From: a virus
Lineage: Duplodnaviria > Caudoviricetes
Length of the DNA stretch: 27,677 nt
Reading direction: 5' to 3' (one strand)
IMG/VR virus record: IMGVR_UViG_3300046001_006334
Coordinates: 1-27,677 of that record
Under the pieces are notes generated by a model. It did not search any database, was not told where the DNA came from, and was given only the letters and a program-made list of their open reading frames with translations. This document shows positions 23,921 to 27,677 of the stretch, in pieces; within the stretch, counting starts at the first letter, position 1; every line of letters begins with the position of its first letter. The translations under genes and the position numbers were made by a program.

Positions 23921-25611
23921 TCGAAGCCCCGAAGAAGCAGCACTATCAGAAGCGGTGGTCCGCGCTCGAGACCGAGCGGTCCTCGTGGGTTTCGCACTGG
24001 CAGGAGCTGTCCACGGTGCTGTTCCCGCGCGCCGGCCGCTTCACAGTCGACGACCGCAACGACGGAAAACGTCGTCACAACGCGATCTATGACCGCACCG
24101 GCACGGGCGCTCTGCGCATCCTGGCAGCGGGCATGATGTCGGGCGTGACCAGCCCGGCCCGCCCCTGGTTCCGCCTGCGCATCCCCGACGACGCGCTCAT
24201 GGAGTACCAGCCCGTCAAGGTCTGGCTGGCGCAGGTCACCCGCAAGATGCAGGCCGTCTTCGGCCAGTCCAACACCTACCGCGCCCTGCACCAGCTCTAC
24301 GAAGAGCTGGGTGCCTTCGGCACGGCCAACACCCTGATGATGGATGACTTCGAGCGGGGCATCCACCTCTACCCCAACACCGTGGGCCGCTACGCTCTGG
24401 CCACCGACTTCAGGGGCAACGTCGACACGTCGTACCGCGAGCTGCAGAAGACCGCACGCCAGCTGGTACAGGAGTTCGGCGCTGACAACTGTTCGTCGGC
24501 CGTCAAGAACATGGTCTCCAACGGCAACGGTGACAGCTGGGTCACCATCGTGCACGCCATCGAGCCCCGCAAGGAGCGCGACATCCGCTCGAAGGAAAGC
24601 AGCCAGATGCCCTGGGCCAGCTGCTACTTCGAGAAGGGCGGCGACGGCGACAAGCTCCTGCGCGAGAGCGGCTTCGAGCGGTTCCGCGTGCTGGCCCCTC
24701 GCTGGTACACCTCGAGCGAGGACGTCTACGGCCAGAGCCCCGGCATGGAAGTGCTCGGCGACATCAAGCAGCTCCAGCACGAGCAGCTGCGCAAGAGCCA
24801 GGGCATCGACTACCTGACCCGCCCGCCGCTCCAAGGGCCCTCGAGCCTGAAGGGCGAGGAAGTCGACATCCTGCCCGGCGGCTACACCGTCGCCGACACG
24901 GCCTCGGCCGGCGGCGGCGTCACGCCCCTGTTCCAAGTGCGCCTCGACCTGAACCACCTTCTCACCGACATCCAGGACGTCCGCCAACGCATCCGCGAGG
25001 GCATGTACTCCGACCTGTTCCTGATGATCTCGCAGGCCGTCTCGACCAACATGACCGCCACCGAGGTGGCAGAGCGCCACGAAGAGAAGCTCCTGATGCT
25101 GGGCCCGGTGCTCGAGCGTCTGCACAACGAGCTGCTCGACCCGCTCATCGAGATGACCTTCGAGCGCCTGCTGCAGGCCGGCGCGCTGCCGCCCCCTCCC
25201 GAAGAGCTGCTCGGCGTGAACCTCGATGTCGAGTTCGTCTCGATCCTGGCCCAGGCCCAACGTGCTATCGGCGCGAACAGCACCGACCGCTTCGTCGGCA
25301 ACCTCGGCGCGATGGCCCAGATCAAGCCGGAAGTGCTCGACAGGTTCGACGCCGACCGCTGGGTGGACAACTACGCCGACCAGATCGGTGTCGACCCCGA
25401 GCTGATCGTCGGCAAGGAGGAGGTCGCCCTCATCCGTAAGGCCCGTGCCGACCAGCAGGCGGCGCAGCAGGCAGCAGCCCAAGCGCAGCAGGCCGCCGAG
25501 AGCGTGAGCAAGCTGGGTGGCGTCGCCACGCAGAACGGGGCCTCGAACGCAGGGGCCGACATTATGGGCGGTCTTATGGGATACGGCTCACCCGCGCCGT
25601 ACACCTACTGA
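23917..25611 (+). CDS. Portal (head-to-tail connector), T7/BPP-1 type
   Basis: LAAGMMSGVTSPARPWFRL, YGQSPGM..LGDIKQLQ and MTATEVAERHEEKLLMLGPVLERL. Confidence 0.95.
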   Translation: MIEAPKKQHYQKRWSALETERSSWVSHWQELSTVLFPRAGRFTVDDRNDGKRRHNAIYDRTGTGALRILAAGMMSGVTSPARPWFRLRIPDDALMEYQPVKVWLAQVTRKMQAVFGQSNTYRALHQLYEELGAFGTANTLMMDDFERGIHLYPNTVGRYALATDFRGNVDTSYRELQKTARQLVQEFGADNCSSAVKNMVSNGNGDSWVTIVHAIEPRKERDIRSKESSQMPWASCYFEKGGDGDKLLRESGFERFRVLAPRWYTSSEDVYGQSPGMEVLGDIKQLQHEQLRKSQGIDYLTRPPLQGPSSLKGEEVDILPGGYTVADTASAGGGVTPLFQVRLDLNHLLTDIQDVRQRIREGMYSDLFLMISQAVSTNMTATEVAERHEEKLLMLGPVLERLHNELLDPLIEMTFERLLQAGALPPPPEELLGVNLDVEFVSILAQAQRAIGANSTDRFVGNLGAMAQIKPEVLDRFDADRWVDNYADQIGVDPELIVGKEEVALIRKARADQQAAQQAAAQAQQAAESVSKLGGVATQNGASNAGADIMGGLMGYGSPAPYTY

Positions 25612-26150
25612 TGAAGACCTGCGCAGCATGCAAGGAGCTGAAACCCGAGGACCAATACGGTGCTCGTGCTTGCCACTCGTCTGGGCGCAACCCGCGCTGC
25701 AAACCCTGCGTCCAGGCCTCGAACAAACGGGCCCACGAAAAGTACCGCCCGGCCCGAAGAGCGGCGCAGAAGGCGTGGTACGAAAGCACTGGCCGCTACG
25801 AGGCCGAGAAAGAACGCTACGAGGCGAACCGCAAACGGTGGCGCGCCAACAACCTCGAGCGGGAGAACCAGAAGACCGCAGAGTGGCGCAAGGCCAACCC
25901 GGGCAAGATGACCGCGTACAGCGCCGCGCGCAGAGCCACGGAACGACGGGCCACCCTGGCCAACGTCAGCCGCGAAGCCTTGATCGCCATCTACGAGCGG
26001 TCGGAGCACCTGACCCAACTGACCGGCGTACGCCACCACGTCGACCATATCGTGCCCCTGCGTGGCAAAACGGTCTGCGGACTTCACGTTCCGTGGAACC
26101 TGCAGTGCATCCCCGCCAGAGATAATCTGGCAAAAAGCAACACCTACTAG
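25611..26150 (+). CDS. Free-standing HNH endonuclease with N-terminal Zn finger
   Basis: KTCAACKELKP...CKPC and HHVDHIVPLRGKTVCGLHVPWNLQCIPARDNLAKSN. Confidence 0.92.
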   Translation: MKTCAACKELKPEDQYGARACHSSGRNPRCKPCVQASNKRAHEKYRPARRAAQKAWYESTGRYEAEKERYEANRKRWRANNLERENQKTAEWRKANPGKMTAYSAARRATERRATLANVSREALIAIYERSEHLTQLTGVRHHVDHIVPLRGKTVCGLHVPWNLQCIPARDNLAKSNTY

Positions 26151-26159
26151 GAGAACGAC

Positions 26160-26243
26160 ATGTCCGACGGTCCCGCACAAGGGCCTCTTCGGGGTGTCCG
26201 AACTGGTGTCGCGCCGCTGGCGTCCGTGATCCCCACCTACTAG
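26160..26243 (+). CDS. Possible 27-aa mini-ORF
   Basis: Strong AGGAG RBS before ATG 26160; MSDGPAQGPLRGVRTGVAPLASVIPTY. Confidence 0.3.
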   Translation: MSDGPAQGPLRGVRTGVAPLASVIPTY

Positions 26244-26277
26244 GCCACCTCTCCCGAAACTGACCTGGAAGTGCCGC

Positions 26278-27480
26278 ATGGGTTTGACCTTCGCCCCTCC
26301 CGACGACCTCAAACCCGAATGGGCCAGCGACATACAATGGCGGGCCGCAGAGGCGGTCAGAGAGCACGGTAGCACCCGCGCCGCCGCCGAGGCCTTGGGC
26401 ATGTCCAAGTCCGCGGTGTGGGAAGCCCTGACCCGCTACAACAAGGAGGCGGCCCGCCACGGCCGCGCGCCTGGCCACTTCAATGACGGCGTTGCCCCCG
26501 GCTATCGCATGGGCAAGGTCACGATCCAGCGCGGGCCCGCCGGCGTGGAGCGTGTCTGGGAACGCCAGTCGCCCGATGCGGAAGCCCAGGCCGAACGGCT
26601 GCAGGCTATGCGCGCCGAGTTGTGCGCCCCGATGCCGCCCCTCGCCCCTAGCTGCGTGCCCGGCTACGCCGACGACGACCTTCTGACGGTCTACCCGCAG
26701 GGCGATCCGCACGCGGGCCTTTACTCGTGGAAGGACGAGACCGGCCAGGCCTTCGACCTGGTCGAGTACGAGCGCGTCATGAAGGCGGCCATCGACAGGC
26801 TGGTGGCCTCTGCCCCGCCCTCAGCCCACGCCCTCTTCATCGACCTGGGCGACACGCTGCATGCAGACAACAACGCCAGCCGCACCAAGAGCGGACACCA
26901 TCTCGACACCCACGGCCGGCACGCCGAGGTCGTTCGCGCGGTCATCCGCTGCAAACGCCACCACATCGCCCGCATGCTCGAGAAGCACCGGCACGTCACC
27001 GTGCGGATCAACCCCGGCAACCACGACGGCATCACCGCCGTCATGCTCGCCGAGATGATGGCTCTGCTCTACGAGAACGAGCCCAGGATCACGGTCGTCA
27101 CCAGCCCCAACCCCTACTGGTTCTTCGGCTTCGGCACCAACCTGATCGGCACCACCCACGGCGACGGAGCGAAGGGCGCGAACCTGCCCTTGCTGATGGC
27201 CGTCGACGCCCCCGACCTGTGGCAGGCCTCGCAGCACGGGCACCGCGTCTGGTTCGTCGGCCACGTCCACCACAAGGACATCAAGGACCACCCAGGTGTG
27301 ACGGTCGAATACGTTCGCACCCTCGCCGCCCCCGACATCTGGTCCCACGGCGCGGGCTACAGGTCGAAGCGGTCGATGGAAGCGGTGACCTACCACCGCG
27401 AGGATGGCGAGGACGAGAGGCACACCTGCAATATGGCCAAGCTCGCCCGCAGTATGTCTTCCGTTCCGCGCGCGACGTAG
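26278..27480 (+). CDS. Calcineurin-like metallophosphoesterase with N-terminal HTH
   Basis: GDPH, DLGD, GNHD, THGD and GHVHH motifs; N-terminal HGSTRAAAEALGMSKSAV HTH. Confidence 0.85.
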   Translation: MGLTFAPPDDLKPEWASDIQWRAAEAVREHGSTRAAAEALGMSKSAVWEALTRYNKEAARHGRAPGHFNDGVAPGYRMGKVTIQRGPAGVERVWERQSPDAEAQAERLQAMRAELCAPMPPLAPSCVPGYADDDLLTVYPQGDPHAGLYSWKDETGQAFDLVEYERVMKAAIDRLVASAPPSAHALFIDLGDTLHADNNASRTKSGHHLDTHGRHAEVVRAVIRCKRHHIARMLEKHRHVTVRINPGNHDGITAVMLAEMMALLYENEPRITVVTSPNPYWFFGFGTNLIGTTHGDGAKGANLPLLMAVDAPDLWQASQHGHRVWFVGHVHHKDIKDHPGVTVEYVRTLAAPDIWSHGAGYRSKRSMEAVTYHREDGEDERHTCNMAKLARSMSSVPRAT

Positions 27481-27489
27481 GTTCGCGCT

Positions 27490-27677
27490 ATGAGCCAGGA
27501 AGACCCGACCGACTTGGAGACCCAGCACAAGAGCGCCGAGGCGAGAGCCCAGGACGCTCGGAACCGCAGGGACACTGACAAGGCCGATCTGGAATGGCTC
27601 ATGGCCACGCCTCGGGGCCGCCGGATTGTCTGGCGTCTGCTCGAGGCCACGGGTCTCTACGTCTCAAGTTTCACTGG
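27490..27677 (+). CDS. Bbp19-like phage protein, 3'-truncated
   Basis: MSQEDPTD...DLEWLMATPRGRRIVWRLLEATGLYVSSF matches the small protein that follows the portal in BPP-1-like phages. Confidence 0.75.
   Translation, partial: MSQEDPTDLETQHKSAEARAQDARNRRDTDKADLEWLMATPRGRRIVWRLLEATGLYVSSFT

Noticed and set aside
6019-27528. Many long antisense or alternate-frame ORFs (e.g. 6019-7065 +, 10271-11941 +, 13646-15127 +, 18365-20020 -, 23893-25482 -, 26727-27578 +)
   Set aside because: These are shadows of high-GC3 genes with no motifs or RBS. Only the o-spanin and the intein-nested HNH have independent protein signatures.

Overview
GC-rich segment (about 65-68% GC by eye) of a tailed phage with a Bordetella BPP-1-like podovirus gene set. 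The host is probably a Caulobacteraceae bacterium (Brevundimonas/Caulobacter), inferred from a close GapR homolog and a GcrA-like HTH. Positions 1-5461 (+) hold the end of a virion gene, a beta-helix tailspike, a lysis cassette (holin, M15 endolysin, overlapping spanins) and a tail-collar protein, followed by a terminator. Positions 5609-16885 (-) are an early/replication operon: small early genes, a SAM-lyase-like protein, a DUF2800 nuclease, Acb2 anti-CBASS, a DUF2815 SSB, a family A DNA polymerase with an intein, an HNH, VRR-NUC, a GcrA-like protein, an SNF2 helicase and GapR. Mirror-image divergent promoters lie at about 16.9-17.0 kb. Positions 17068-27677 (+) hold a Cro-like HTH, primase/VirE helicase, an ori-like repeat region, TerS, TerL, portal, an HNH, a metallophosphoesterase and a Bbp19-like gene. 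The most striking feature is the 250-aa polymerase intein: it has no in-frame endonuclease, but a complete HNH-type homing endonuclease with its own Shine-Dalgarno and GTG start is overprinted in the +1 frame inside it. All family calls come from motif recognition by eye; no database searches were run.
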